Notes: a model not told the origin generated them from the sequence alone. Numbered from the stretch's first letter, positions 10,823-21,368 are shown. The stretch: 64,000 nt of DNA from an uncultured Candidatus Saccharibacteria bacterium (GCA_964472495.1 CAYYLD010000001.1:21294-85293), one strand, 5' to 3'. A program made the numbers and translations.

Positions 10823-11467
10823 CTAATACTTAAAAATAACTACTTCCATCTCTTTGCTGACTAAATCTTTTTTCTTGAGAGTTAATTTATCTACGGCTGG
10901 TTTTTTGTTCAGGCCCATTTCCTTTAAAAAATCAGCTAAGCCGGCCAATTTGATTTTCAAACCAGGCAATTTGTAATGCATCGGAATAATCAAATGAGGC
11001 TCCAGTTGTTCGGCCACTTTGACCGCTTCGCCCGCCTCAATGGTATAGGTACCGCCAACTGGGATAATTAAGATATCCACTTGACCAATAACTTCTAATT
11101 GTCTTTCGGTTAAACGCTCCTGGCCGAAATCACCTAAATGACAAACTCTCATTTTGTCTACCTCCATCAGATAAATGGTATTAGGGCCCCTTTCCTGCCC
11201 CTGCTTTTTATCATGATAACTGGAGCAACCAATAATCTTGATACCTTTAATTTCGTATTCGCCGGGCCCGTCAATAACAAAAGGCTGACCACTGATGGCC
11301 CGAACATTATTATGGTCGTGGTGGTCATGAGAAACGGTAACGATATCGGCAGTGCCCCGCGGCGGAGTCAGGCCGATACTTTTATCAAAGGGGTCGGTAA
11401 TGATAGTTAAGTGGCCGCCCTGATTAGTAATCTTGAAACAAGAGTGGCCGTACCAGATAATAGTCAT
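10823..11467 (-). CDS. MBL-fold metallo-hydrolase
   Basis: WYGHSCF, SHDHHDH, CHLGD, IPMHY. Confidence 0.92.
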   Translation of the reverse strand: MTIIWYGHSCFKITNQGGHLTIITDPFDKSIGLTPPRGTADIVTVSHDHHDHNNVRAISGQPFVIDGPGEYEIKGIKIIGCSSYHDKKQGQERGPNTIYLMEVDKMRVCHLGDFGQERLTERQLEVIGQVDILIIPVGGTYTIEAGEAVKVAEQLEPHLIIPMHYKLPGLKIKLAGLADFLKEMGLNKKPAVDKLTLKKKDLVSKEMEVVIFKY

Positions 11468-11541
11468 AAATTCTTTTTATTATTCTATCACAAATTTTCT
11501 CTCTTGCCAAGCTAATAATTTTAGGTTATACTTTACTCAAT

Positions 11542-12129
11542 ATGACCAAAGAAAAATCAGAATTAATGAAAGATTTAATAACCAAAGATAAGCAAGCCCC
11601 ATCTTTACCTCAAGCGGGCGATTTAATTGAAGGAAAGATTATTAAAATAAGTAAGAGCGCTATCATTCTTGACTTGGGCCCTTTGGGTACCGGAATCATC
11701 TATGGTGGTGAATTAAAGGAAGACAAAGAAACGCTCAAAGAATTAGCCCTGGAGAAAACCATTACCGCTTTAGTTTTAGAGCCGGAAAATGAAGACGGTT
11801 ATGTTGAGCTTTCTTTAAGAGAAGCCAGCCTGGAGAAAACCTGGTTAGAAGTAAAAGAAAAGAAAAAATCCGGTCAGCCAATCACCGTTAAAGTGATTGA
11901 AGCTAACCGCGGCGGCCTGGTCATCAGGTCGGCCAGTTTGGTCGGTTTTTTACCTGTTTCTCAATTGTCGCCCAAAAATTATCCTAAGGTTGAAGGCGGC
12001 GATAAAGAGAAAATTCTGGAACATTTGAATAAATTTGTCGGCCAGGAAATGGAAGTCAAAATTCTTGACTTAGACCAAAAAACAGACAAATTGATTGTTT
12101 CCGAAAAAGCCCTTCAGGAAAAAAAATAA
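11542..12129 (+). CDS. S1 RNA-binding domain protein (short, two-domain ribosomal S1-like)
   Basis: Two S1 repeats; ANRGGL...GFLPVSQL, LIVSEK. Confidence 0.85.
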   Translation: MTKEKSELMKDLITKDKQAPSLPQAGDLIEGKIIKISKSAIILDLGPLGTGIIYGGELKEDKETLKELALEKTITALVLEPENEDGYVELSLREASLEKTWLEVKEKKKSGQPITVKVIEANRGGLVIRSASLVGFLPVSQLSPKNYPKVEGGDKEKILEHLNKFVGQEMEVKILDLDQKTDKLIVSEKALQEKK

Positions 12130-12130
12130 G

Positions 12131-13954
12131 ATGAAATATCTTCTTAAAAATCTAATCATTGTTTTTCTGGTCTTTATAACCATCGCCGGTTTCTTCACTT
12201 TGCTCAGCCAACCAACTGAAAAACCGAAAGAAATTACCCTAAATCAATTAGTTAACCAAATCAATCAGGAAGAAATAACTAATATTGTCATCAAAGGCGA
12301 CCAATTGGAAATTGAATTAAAAGACGGCTCTTCAGAAAAAGCGACCAAAGAGAAAGAGGCCTCTTTAACCGAATCTCTGAAGAATTACGGACTTGATTCG
12401 GAAAAACTGAAACTGGTCAATTTAGAAGTTAAAAGCGAAAGCGGCCTGGTCTTCTGGCTGGGAACAGTCCTTCCTTTCCTTTTGCCTTTGCTGATTCTCG
12501 GCTTTTTCTTTTGGTTTATTTACCGGGGCGCTCAGCGCGGCCAGATGCAGGCCTTTACTTTTGGTCGTTCGCGAGCCCGACTATTCAGCCCCAAGGATAA
12601 AAGAGGCCAGGTTACTTTCAAGGACGTAGCCGGCCTAAAAGAGGCCAAAGAAGAATTAGAAGAGATTGTTGGATTTTTAAAGAATCCCAAAAAATTTGTT
12701 AATTTAGGAGCTAAGATTCCCAAAGGAGTTCTGCTGGTAGGGCCTCCCGGCACAGGAAAAACTTTATTGGCAAGGGCAATCGCATCGGAAGCTAGTGTTC
12801 CCTTCTTTAGCGTCTCTGGTTCAGAGTTCGTTGAAATGTTTGTCGGAGTCGGTTCATCGCGAGTCCGCGACCTTTTCCAGACAGCTAAAAAGCATGCCCC
12901 GGCTTTAATTTTCATTGATGAATTAGACGCCATCGGTCGGCAACGGGGAGCCGGTTTAGGCGGCGGCCACGACGAAAGAGAACAAACCCTAAATCAAATT
13001 TTGGTGGAAATGGATGGCTTCGACCCTAATGCCGGTATCATCCTAATTAGCGCGACCAACCGACCGGATGTTTTAGACCCAGCTCTCCTGCGACCAGGCC
13101 GTTTTGACCGAAGAATTGTCTTGGATTTGCCTGACTTAAAAGACCGAGAGGAAATTTTAAAAATTCATGCTCGGAATAAACCTTTAGAAGAAAAGGTTAA
13201 TCTTAAAGAAATTGCTGAACGGACGCCCGGTTTTTCCGGAGCCGACTTAGCTAATATCGTTAATGAAGCAGCCATCCTGTCAGCCCGACGCAATAAGAAA
13301 AAAATCTCCCAAGATGAACTGCGAGAATGTATTGAAAAAGTTCTTTTGGGCCCGGAACGGAAAAGTCATATTCTCTCTAAAAAAGAAAAAGAAATCGCTG
13401 CTTATCATGAATCCGGTCATGCTTTAGTGGCCGCTTCATTAACTCATACAGATCCAATTCAAAAGGTTTCCATTATTGCCCGGGGAGCAGCGGCCGGCTA
13501 CACTCTTAAATTACCGGTCGAGGACAGACACCTACACAGCCGCTCGGAATTCTTAGATGAATTAGCGGTTCTGCTGGGTGGCTACGTGGCTGAAGAACTG
13601 GTCTTCAAGGAACTGACCACCGGCGCTTCCAGCGATTTGCTAAAGGCGACGGAATTGGCTCGCAAACTGGTAACTAAATATGGAATGAGTGAAAAATTAG
13701 GCCCAGTGACTTTTGGCGGCCGCGAAGAAATGGTTTTCTTGGGCCGGGAAATCGCCACCGAAAAAGATTATTCCGAAGAAGTAGCTGCTCAAATTGACAA
13801 AGAAGTAGCTAAGTTTATTGATGACGCCTACCGAACCGCTAAAAAAGTCTTGACTGAAAATAGGGCACGACTAAACCTAATCGCCAAACGTCTCATTAAG
13901 AAGGAAACCATTGAACGAAAAGAATTCGAAAGATTGATGAGACAAAAAATTTAA
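12131..13954 (+). CDS. ftsH: ATP-dependent zinc metalloprotease FtsH
   Basis: Two TM segments, [18 protein letters not shown]; ATG at 12131. Confidence 0.98.
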   Translation: MKYLLKNLIIVFLVFITIAGFFTLLSQPTEKPKEITLNQLVNQINQEEITNIVIKGDQLEIELKDGSSEKATKEKEASLTESLKNYGLDSEKLKLVNLEVKSESGLVFWLGTVLPFLLPLLILGFFFWFIYRGAQRGQMQAFTFGRSRARLFSPKDKRGQVTFKDVAGLKEAKEELEEIVGFLKNPKKFVNLGAKIPKGVLLVGPPGTGKTLLARAIASEASVPFFSVSGSEFVEMFVGVGSSRVRDLFQTAKKHAPALIFIDELDAIGRQRGAGLGGGHDEREQTLNQILVEMDGFDPNAGIILISATNRPDVLDPALLRPGRFDRRIVLDLPDLKDREEILKIHARNKPLEEKVNLKEIAERTPGFSGADLANIVNEAAILSARRNKKKISQDELRECIEKVLLGPERKSHILSKKEKEIAAYHESGHALVAASLTHTDPIQKVSIIARGAAAGYTLKLPVEDRHLHSRSEFLDELAVLLGGYVAEELVFKELTTGASSDLLKATELARKLVTKYGMSEKLGPVTFGGREEMVFLGREIATEKDYSEEVAAQIDKEVAKFIDDAYRTAKKVLTENRARLNLIAKRLIKKETIERKEFERLMRQKI

Positions 13955-14071
13955 TTAGAACCTTAAAAATAGAAAGGAGTCATTTGATAAGAATCTTGGG
14001 AATATCTGGGAGAGATTGGATTCGGACGAGAAAAGATAAACGAGAATTATTGCCAAAGTGCGGAGGACAAA

Positions 14072-14242
14072 ATGGATAGTCTGAGTGCAGTCATTAATTG
14101 TCTTAAATTAATTTTTCTGGTTTTAATAATGGTTATTTTTATTCTAACTCCTATCTGGCTTCCAGCTTGGCTCTCGGCTTGGCGAAGTATTCCGCCGCGC
14201 CTAACTGATTTTCTCTCTCGATGGGCGAGGAGAAATCTCTGA
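14072..14242 (+). CDS. small hypothetical membrane protein (56 aa)
   Basis: GGAGG SD; MDSLSAVINCLKLIFLVLIMVIFILTPIWLPAW...; followed by a terminator. Confidence 0.5.
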   Translation: MDSLSAVINCLKLIFLVLIMVIFILTPIWLPAWLSAWRSIPPRLTDFLSRWARRNL

Positions 14243-14286
14243 ACAAGAGGATGGTTCATTAACCATTCTCTTTTTTTAAAAAAAGA

Positions 14287-14315
14287 TTGACCAAATAACG
14301 AATTTCAGATAAAAT
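14287..14315 (+). promoter_or_regulatory. promoter of the tRNA-Ile/tRNA-Val/serpin unit
   Basis: TTGACC-N17-TAAAAT, 11 nt upstream of the tRNA. Confidence 0.65.
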
Positions 14316-14326
14316 AACAATGTTTT

Positions 14327-14399
14327 GGGCGTGTAGCTCAGGGGTTAGAGCATTGCTCTTATAAAGCAAGGGTCGATGGTTCGAATCCATCCACGCCCA
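14327..14399 (+). tRNA. tRNA-Ile(TAT), no encoded CCA
   Basis: Acceptor GGGCGTG/CACGCCC-A; anticodon arm TTGCT-CT TAT AA-AGCAA; GGTTCGAATCC. Confidence 0.92.
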
Positions 14400-14403
14400 C
14401 CCC

Positions 14404-14477
14404 GGGCGGTTAGCTCAGCTGGTTAGAGCGCTACCTCGACACGGTAGAGGTCGCAGGTCCGAGTCCTGCACCGCTCA
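14404..14477 (+). tRNA. tRNA-Val(GAC), no encoded CCA
   Basis: Anticodon arm CTACC-TC GAC AC-GGTAG; acceptor GGGCGGT/ACCGCTC-A. Confidence 0.92.
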
Positions 14478-14481
14478 CTAA

Positions 14482-15741
14482 ATGAAACAAAAAAATCTAA
14501 TCATCAGTTTAATCGTTCTGGTAGCCGTTATTGTTATCGGCGCCTTGTTGTACAAACCAGCTTCGGAAACGCCTCCTCCTGCCCCACCAGTTGATGACAG
14601 CGGAGCGACTGACCAAGGAGTTGCCAGTGTTATTGAAGCTAATAATCAATTTGCCTTAGAGTTCTACCAGCAAATTAAAGATGGGGAAGAAAATATCTTT
14701 TTCTCGCCTTATAGCATCTCGACCGCTTTGGCCATGACTTATGAAGGGGCCCGCGGCCAAACCGCTCAAGAAATGCAGTCAGTTTTCCATTTTCCGGAAG
14801 AGGATAGTATTCGCCGACCGGCCATGGCCAAGATTTACAACCAAATCAACCAAGAAGACAAGGAATACGAACTTTATACGGCTAATGCTTTGTGGGCTCA
14901 AGAAGATTATTCTTTCTTAGACGAGTATATTAATTTGATTGACCAATATTATGGCGGCCGGGTGACCAATCTTGATTTTATTAAGGAAACCGAGAAGTCA
15001 AGGAAGACAATTAATGACTGGGTCGCTCAACAGACCAAAGACAAAATACTTGACTTGATTCCAGCTGGCGTCCTTAATGAACTAACTCGTCTTGTTTTAA
15101 CTAACGCTATTTACTTTAAGGAACAATGGCTAATCCAATTTGATGAAGAGAATACGACCGAGGAAGATTTTAGGGTCAGTCCGGAGAAAACAATTAAGGT
15201 GCCGATGATGAGTTTAACCGATGGAGAAATAGAATTTAATTATCTGGAAACGGAAAAATTACAAATCTTGGAAATGCCCTATGATGGAGAAGAATTATCT
15301 ATGTTGGTTTTGCTCCCTCAAGAGGATAGCTTAGTCACCTTGGAAGAATCGCTCAACCTGGATAATCTTGCCCAATGGCGAGAGATGCTTAGTCAACAGC
15401 CGGTTAACGTCTTTATGCCCAAATTTACTTTTGAGACCAAATATTTCTTGAACCAAGACCTCCAGGAAATGGGCATGCCGACTGCTTTCTCCATGCAGGC
15501 CGATTTTTCCGGCATGGACGGGACCAAAGATCTTTTTATCAGCAAGGTCATCCATCAGGCCTTTATTGAGGTAAATGAAGAAGGAACCGAGGCGGCGGCG
15601 GCCACGGCGGTGGTTATAGAATTAAAATCAGTCGGGCCTTCCGTAGCCGTTTTCCGAGCCGACCATCCTTTCATTTTCTTAATCCAAGACAACCAGTCAG
15701 GCAACATTTTATTTTTAGGCCGGGTAGTTAATCCCAGTTAA
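14482..15741 (+). CDS. serpin family protease inhibitor, membrane-anchored
   Basis: NIFFSPYSI, LTNAIYFK, hinge EEGTEAAAAT, FRADHPFIFLI, LFLGRV; N-terminal TM. Confidence 0.96.
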   Translation: MKQKNLIISLIVLVAVIVIGALLYKPASETPPPAPPVDDSGATDQGVASVIEANNQFALEFYQQIKDGEENIFFSPYSISTALAMTYEGARGQTAQEMQSVFHFPEEDSIRRPAMAKIYNQINQEDKEYELYTANALWAQEDYSFLDEYINLIDQYYGGRVTNLDFIKETEKSRKTINDWVAQQTKDKILDLIPAGVLNELTRLVLTNAIYFKEQWLIQFDEENTTEEDFRVSPEKTIKVPMMSLTDGEIEFNYLETEKLQILEMPYDGEELSMLVLLPQEDSLVTLEESLNLDNLAQWREMLSQQPVNVFMPKFTFETKYFLNQDLQEMGMPTAFSMQADFSGMDGTKDLFISKVIHQAFIEVNEEGTEAAAATAVVIELKSVGPSVAVFRADHPFIFLIQDNQSGNILFLGRVVNPS

Positions 15742-15834
15742 TATATTTCCCGATTTAAAGCTGGATAAAAATAGTCGTCTCAGGCGACTATTTTTCTTGC
15801 TTTTTAGCTGTTTTTTTGGTATTTTATGATTATT

Positions 15835-15906
15835 GGGCCGGTAGTTCAGCGGTAGAATATCTCTTTTGCACAGAGAAGGTCGTGGGTCCGATTCCCACCC
15901 GGTCCA
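15835..15906 (+). tRNA. tRNA-Ala(TGC), no encoded CCA
   Basis: Anticodon arm TCTCT-TT TGC AC-AGAGA; G3:U70 pair in GGGCCGG/CCGGTCC. Confidence 0.93.
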
Positions 15907-15907
15907 C

Positions 15908-16666
15908 ATGCCCCTTAAGCCAAATCCATCTATTAAGTTAAAGATTGTTTATGAGAATACAGATGTTCTTGTTATTGATAAGCCAGCCGGCTTGGTCGTC
16001 CACCCGATAAAGTCAACCCAAAGCGATACTTTAGTTAACGGCTTAATCGCCTACTACCCGGAAATTAAAAAGGTTGGCGATGATTCTTTGCGGCCGGGCA
16101 TTGTTCACCGATTAGATAAAGACACTTCCGGCTTAATAGTGGTAGCGAAAAACAATGCTGCTTTCGAATATTTAAAAAAGCAGTTTGCCGCGCGAAAAGT
16201 TGTTAAAAAATATTTGGCCTTGGTATATGGTCAAGTTAAAGATAAAAAAGGAACGATTACTAAAGCCATCAGTTTATCTAAAAAAGACCATAAAAAAAGA
16301 AGCGCTTTATTGGATGATAAAGCCAAGCGAGCTTGGACTGAATATAAGGTTTTGAAAAGATTTTCTGCCAAGAGCGGATCCGCCTCTGGCGAGAAGGACT
16401 ATACTCTTTTAGAAGTTGAGCCAAAGACCGGCCGAACCCATCAGATTAGAGTTCATTTAGCTTCCATTGGCCATCCGATTGCCGGCGACCAGCAATATAA
16501 ATTCAAAAGACAGCCAGCATTAGCTGGCTTGAAAAGACAATTCCTCCACGCCGCTTACTTGAAATTAAAACTGCCCAATGGTAAACTGGTCGAGCTTAAA
16601 TCGGACTTGCCAGAAGATTTAGAAAAGACTTTAAAGGATCTCGGGGCGTCCCGAGACACACTATGA
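15908..16666 (+). CDS. RluA/RluD family pseudouridine synthase
   Basis: [40 protein letters not shown]; ATG at 15908. Confidence 0.95.
   Translation: MPLKPNPSIKLKIVYENTDVLVIDKPAGLVVHPIKSTQSDTLVNGLIAYYPEIKKVGDDSLRPGIVHRLDKDTSGLIVVAKNNAAFEYLKKQFAARKVVKKYLALVYGQVKDKKGTITKAISLSKKDHKKRSALLDDKAKRAWTEYKVLKRFSAKSGSASGEKDYTLLEVEPKTGRTHQIRVHLASIGHPIAGDQQYKFKRQPALAGLKRQFLHAAYLKLKLPNGKLVELKSDLPEDLEKTLKDLGASRDTL
16364..16393. repeat. 30-bp GC-rich palindromic element, in frame inside the pseudouridine synthase gene
   Basis: TCTGCCAAGAGCGGATCCGCCTCTGGCGAG (encodes [10 protein letters not shown]); similar copies at 45261 and 53206. Confidence 0.75.
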
Positions 16667-17001
16667 ATAAGCTTGATTTATTCAATAAAAAACAACTAAA
16701 GAAAATACCAGAAATTAGACCGGGCTACACAGTCCGGGTTCATCAGAAAGTAAAAGAAGGCGACAAAGAGAGAATTCAAATCTTTGAAGGTTTAGTTATC
16801 GCTTGTAAACATGGCCGTGGTGTCAACGGGACAATCACTGTTAGAAAAGTCAGTCAGGGGTTTGGCGTAGAAAGAATTTTTCCGCTCCATTCACCAGTCA
16901 TTGAAAAAATAGAAGTGGTTAAAAAACATAAAGTGAGACGGGCCAAACTTTACTATATCCGTCATAAATCAGCTAAAGAAGCGAGGTTGAAGGAGAAATA
17001 A
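16663..17001 (+). CDS. rplS: 50S ribosomal protein L19
   Basis: [28 protein letters not shown]. Confidence 0.98.
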   Translation: MNKLDLFNKKQLKKIPEIRPGYTVRVHQKVKEGDKERIQIFEGLVIACKHGRGVNGTITVRKVSQGFGVERIFPLHSPVIEKIEVVKKHKVRRAKLYYIRHKSAKEARLKEK

Positions 17002-17087
17002 GCCCAGGTGGCGGAATTGGCATACGCGGCAGCTTGAGGAGCTGTGCTCGAAAGGGCGTGCGGGTTCGAGTCCCGCCCTGGGCACCA
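17002..17087 (+). tRNA. tRNA-Leu(GAG)
   Basis: GCAGC-TT GAG GA-GCTGT; long variable arm; ends ACCA. Confidence 0.95.
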
Positions 17088-17089
17088 AG

Positions 17090-17166
17090 GGGCGGTTGGC
17101 GCAGTTGGTTAGCGCGTCTCGTTTACACCGAGAAGGTCGGGGGTTCGAATCCTCCACCGCCCACCA
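17090..17166 (+). tRNA. tRNA-Val(TAC)
   Basis: TCTCG-TT TAC AC-CGAGA; ends ACCA. Confidence 0.95.
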
Positions 17167-17246
17167 AATAGCTGTTATCAGCGGTTATTTTATTTGACAA
17201 ATCAATAGATTCATGCTATCCTTGAACAAAATTAAAGGAGGGTAAA

Positions 17247-18260
17247 ATGGCTAAAAAACCAACCATTGAAGAAATCAGAAAGTACCTTAACGAGTATGAT
17301 CCACTTGGTCTGAGGGGAGCGTCAATTGACTTAATTGGCGCTCACAACCATATTATTTACCGATTAGCCAGGGCTGGCAAATCCTTTTGTCTGCGGATGA
17401 TAAATCCGGAAAGCTATCGGGCCGGCGAGTGGCTGACTATCCCTGAAGAATTTACTATCCTTCACTACCTGAAACTCACCGGCTTAGGGCCAATACCCTA
17501 TTTTGTTGACCCGGAACGATTCAGACTCCCATTAACTATCCAAGAGTTCGTCTCGGAAATCACCTACTTTAATAATTTGAAGCCGTTCAACGAAGAGCAT
17601 CTGAAGGCAGCCGCCAAGGCGATCGCCTTACTAAACTCCCTAAACATTGACCCGATCAGATTCCCTTTCCGAAAAGGTTTTACCCGCTACTCTTATCTGA
17701 CCAGCTTGGAAACCTGGCGAGAACGCCTGGCGATAATTAAAAAGTCCGAACAGAAAGATATTCTGGAATGGGTAGACAAACTCAAAGAAGTAGTCAAGCA
17801 GGCAAAGCCGATTTTGGAAGGATTTGAACCTCTCTTGAGAGAGAGTGGTTCGCTTTTTAACTTCGACGGCGCTCACTGCGGAAATACTTTTTTGCGAGAA
17901 AAGTCAGGCAAAGTTGTTTTCCTTGACTGGCAGAAAGTAAGCTACGGAGATCCCAGTTTTACCCTGGCCCGCTTCTTAACCTCTATTGGAAAAAAAGGGG
18001 AGATTCCGGACGGAGCTAAAGAGTTGATGATTGAGGCCTATACTCAAACGGCGGCCTATCATAACTTGCTTAATAGTCATCCCAAATTAGCAGTAAATTT
18101 TGAGAAGCTGGTTGACCAGCGCCTCTTTGAACGCCAGATAGCTGACCTCATCTGGGTGGTCTGGGACTATACCAAACAAGTCAAAACCGAACCAGTTGAG
18201 GAAGCAACTAGCGTAGTTGCTCGCTACCAAAGAGTTATCGAGATGCTGAGACAATACTGA
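17247..18260 (+). CDS. aminoglycoside phosphotransferase/choline kinase-like protein
   Basis: Degenerate Brenner motif FDGAHCGN, FLDWQ, YGDPSFTLA; own promoter (TTGACA at 17194), AGGAGG SD and terminator. Confidence 0.75.
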   Translation: MAKKPTIEEIRKYLNEYDPLGLRGASIDLIGAHNHIIYRLARAGKSFCLRMINPESYRAGEWLTIPEEFTILHYLKLTGLGPIPYFVDPERFRLPLTIQEFVSEITYFNNLKPFNEEHLKAAAKAIALLNSLNIDPIRFPFRKGFTRYSYLTSLETWRERLAIIKKSEQKDILEWVDKLKEVVKQAKPILEGFEPLLRESGSLFNFDGAHCGNTFLREKSGKVVFLDWQKVSYGDPSFTLARFLTSIGKKGEIPDGAKELMIEAYTQTAAYHNLLNSHPKLAVNFEKLVDQRLFERQIADLIWVVWDYTKQVKTEPVEEATSVVARYQRVIEMLRQY

Positions 18261-18397
18261 GACACTCTCAATTTTTTCTGGAAAACAAACGGTTGCCGGG
18301 AAACAAACCGACAACCGTTTTTTATTTGACCCCGCATCAGAGAAATCTCGGGGCGGGGTTTGACCAAAACGCTTAAAAATGGTAATTTAGGCATTAA

Positions 18398-18488
<91 letters not shown>

Positions 18489-18518
18489 TTGGAAGTTATT
18501 ATCTTTTAATCAGAAATT

Positions 18519-18986
18519 ATGAGAGATCCGCTTCTTGAAATATCAGGTAAAATTATTGGTTTTTACGAACGAGAGTTTTATTGTTTTTCTAATTTTTCCA
18601 GTTTTACAGTTCAATGGAAAGACAAATTATGGCAAACATCGGAACACGCTTATCAAGCTTCAAGATTCTTTGAAAAGCATCCCGAAGTGGTGGAAGAAAT
18701 TTTTAATGCTCGTTCAGCTCATCAGGCCAAAAAAATTGCAGAAAAATATAGTGATTTAGCTGCCCCTGATTTTCACAAAGATAGGATTGCGGTAATGGAA
18801 GATATCTGCAGCCATAAACTACAACAGCATCCCTATATTCAAAAGAAGCTTTTACAAACAGAAAATAGAGAGATTGTAGAAGATTCTCCTCAAGACAGCT
18901 TTTGGGGCTGGGGTCCGAATAGAGGTGGCAGAAATGAATTGGGCAAAATTTGGATGAGACTTAGAGATAAATTTGTAAACCAATAA
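18519..18986 (+). CDS. NADAR (YbiA-like) N-glycosidase family protein
   Basis: FSNF, TSEHAYQA, EDSPQDSFWG, GRNELGKIWM. Confidence 0.92.
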   Translation: MRDPLLEISGKIIGFYEREFYCFSNFSSFTVQWKDKLWQTSEHAYQASRFFEKHPEVVEEIFNARSAHQAKKIAEKYSDLAAPDFHKDRIAVMEDICSHKLQQHPYIQKKLLQTENREIVEDSPQDSFWGWGPNRGGRNELGKIWMRLRDKFVNQ

Positions 18987-19006
18987 ACTTATAGAGTGAA
19001 TTACAT

Positions 19007-19357
19007 ATGAAAGAAAAACAAATCACTAAAATTAAACAAGCCCAGCAATTAGCAAAACTTTTTGCTAAACACAATCACTGGAAAGATATTCCCAATATTG
19101 ATAAGATTGACCATCTCCATGAAGAATTAACCGAACTTTCCCAACACCTGAGATATAAACCAGAAAAAGAACGGATAAAATTCGTTAAAGAGAATAAAGA
19201 AATCTTTGTTGACGGGATTGGCGACTTATTTTTCGGTCTCTGTCGGCTATCTAATCAGCTTGGTGTTGATATGGAAAAGGCACTAAATCTGGTTAAAAAA
19301 GAAATCTTTAACAAATATAATCATAAAAATCCCGAAAATAATATTGTTAAAGAATAA
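19007..19357 (+). CDS. MazG-like nucleotide pyrophosphohydrolase
   Basis: HLHEELTEL ... DGIGDLFF...LSNQLGVDME. Confidence 0.75.
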   Translation: MKEKQITKIKQAQQLAKLFAKHNHWKDIPNIDKIDHLHEELTELSQHLRYKPEKERIKFVKENKEIFVDGIGDLFFGLCRLSNQLGVDMEKALNLVKKEIFNKYNHKNPENNIVKE

Positions 19358-19375
19358 TTAATTGGAATAAAATCT

Positions 19376-19861
19376 ATGTTTGATACTTTAGTTGACCAGC
19401 CGATTTTTTTTCTCTTTCTAATAGCCATAGCTTTGCTGCTAATTTGGATTCTATTTCTTCATTTCAATCTCTGGCAGGTCAAGAAAAAGCTAAAAGTATT
19501 TTTTGCCGGCAAAAAGGCCTCGGATTTGGAAGGAGTTCTTTTTGAAGAAATTAAGCGGCTGAAAAAATCAGAAGCCGAGATTAAAAAATTGATTAAATAT
19601 TCCCAGGCCTTAGAAAAAATGGCTTCCCAAAGTATTCAGCGAATCGGCGTAATCCGGTTTAACCCTTTTAAAGAAACTGGCGGCGACCAGAGCTTTGCCA
19701 TCGCCTTGCTTGATTCGAAAGAAAACGGGCTGGTCATTTCTAGTCTATACTCCCGCGAAGGGACCAGAATTTATAGCAAACCAATTGAAGCCGGTCAGTC
19801 AAGATATCCTTTATCCAAAGAGGAAATAGAAGCCTTGAAAAAAGCCGGGATAAAAAGATGA
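19376..19861 (+). CDS. DUF4446 family protein
   Basis: N-terminal TM; RFNPFKETGGDQSFAIALLD, YPLSKEE. Confidence 0.88.
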   Translation: MFDTLVDQPIFFLFLIAIALLLIWILFLHFNLWQVKKKLKVFFAGKKASDLEGVLFEEIKRLKKSEAEIKKLIKYSQALEKMASQSIQRIGVIRFNPFKETGGDQSFAIALLDSKENGLVISSLYSREGTRIYSKPIEAGQSRYPLSKEEIEALKKAGIKR

Positions 19862-21366
19862 TTAAAAAATCGGTCAAACAATCAAATAAGCTCAAAATAA
19901 GGCCACCGGTGGTGGTCATTTTAGGCCATGTTGACCATGGTAAAACTTCTATTCTTGATTACATCCGCAAAACCAAAATAGCCGAGAAAGAGGCCGGCGG
20001 CATTACCCAACATATCGGCGCTTATCAAATAGAACATCAGGGTAAAAAAATTACCTTCATTGATACGCCCGGACACGAGGCCTTTTCGGCCATGCGTTCG
20101 CGGGGGGCTAAAGTAGCTGATGTGGCTGTTTTAGTTGTCGCCGCTGAAGAAGGGGTCAAGCCGCAAACTAAAGAAGCTATTGGTCACATTAAGAAAAGCG
20201 GCCTGCCGGCAATCGTTGCTCTGAATAAAATTGACAAAAAAGAAGCCCAGCCGGAAAAAGTTAAAGGAGAATTAGCCAAACATGGCCTGGTTGTTGAATC
20301 TTTAAACGGTCAAGTTCCTTCAATCAACCTTTCAGCTAAAACCGGCCAAGGCGTTGATGAACTCTTAGATATGATTATTTTAGTCGCTGAAATGGAAGAA
20401 TTAAAAACTGATCCCGACCAAAAGACCTCAGGAGTAGTTATTGAGGCCTATCAGGACCCTCGCCGGGGGCCAACGGCTACCCTTTTAGTCAAAGAAGGGA
20501 CTTTGGAGAATAAAGACATTGTCGGCACTGATTCGGCTTGCGGCCGGATTAAAACAATGGAAGATTTCCAATGGCAGTCGATAGAAAAAACAACCGTCTC
20601 CAGCCCTGTAATCATCACCGGCTTCAATCAGGTTCCTCAGGTCGGTGAAAAATTCTTTGCTTTTGATAGTCTGGAAGAAGCCCAAGCCAGAATCGCCAAA
20701 AAAACAGCCAAAAGAAAAGAAGAAAAAGAAGTTTTTGTCTTTGAGCCAGCCAAAAAAATCCTCAATTTAATTCTGAAAGCTGATGTCCAGGGTTCTTTAG
20801 AAGCGATTAGGGAATCGCTCAAAAGTATTCCCAGTGAAGAAGTTATTTTAAGAATCTTGAAAGCGGAAGTTGGCGAAGTCAACGAATCCGATATTAAATT
20901 AGCTGAATCAGCTCAGGCCAAAATAGTCGCCTTCCGGGTCAAGGTCAGTTCAGCCATCCGGGAATTAGCTCAGCAAAAGAAAATTAAAATCTCAAGCTTC
21001 GAAGTAATCTATGAACTAATCCAAGGAGTCCGCGAATTACTGGCTAAACTTCTAGAGCCGGAAATTGTCAAAAATGTTATTGGTCAGGTTAAGGTTCTGG
21101 CTCTCTTCCGTCGGGAAAAAGGCCGTCAGATTGTTGGCGGCCGGGTGACTGACGGCCTGGTCAAAAAAGGAGCTTCTATTGAAATTAGCCGTGAAGGGAA
21201 AAAAATCGGCCGGGCTAAATTAATTCAACTGCAGCGGAATAAAAAAGACATTGAGGAGATAGCCAAAGGGCAAGAGTGCGGCATTTTATTAGAAAGCTCT
21301 ACGGTCGTTGAAAAAGGAGATGTTTTGGAAATCTACGAGGAAGAAAAAAAGAAGAGAGAGATATAA
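19858..21366 (+). CDS. infB: translation initiation factor IF-2 (short form, no N-terminal domain)
   Basis: [38 protein letters not shown]. Confidence 0.98.
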   Translation: MIKKSVKQSNKLKIRPPVVVILGHVDHGKTSILDYIRKTKIAEKEAGGITQHIGAYQIEHQGKKITFIDTPGHEAFSAMRSRGAKVADVAVLVVAAEEGVKPQTKEAIGHIKKSGLPAIVALNKIDKKEAQPEKVKGELAKHGLVVESLNGQVPSINLSAKTGQGVDELLDMIILVAEMEELKTDPDQKTSGVVIEAYQDPRRGPTATLLVKEGTLENKDIVGTDSACGRIKTMEDFQWQSIEKTTVSSPVIITGFNQVPQVGEKFFAFDSLEEAQARIAKKTAKRKEEKEVFVFEPAKKILNLILKADVQGSLEAIRESLKSIPSEEVILRILKAEVGEVNESDIKLAESAQAKIVAFRVKVSSAIRELAQQKKIKISSFEVIYELIQGVRELLAKLLEPEIVKNVIGQVKVLALFRREKGRQIVGGRVTDGLVKKGASIEISREGKKIGRAKLIQLQRNKKDIEEIAKGQECGILLESSTVVEKGDVLEIYEEEKKKREI

Positions 21367-21368
21367 CA

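Noticed and set aside
15866-15907. N-terminal extension of the pseudouridine synthase ORF
   Set aside because: Overlaps tRNA-Ala.
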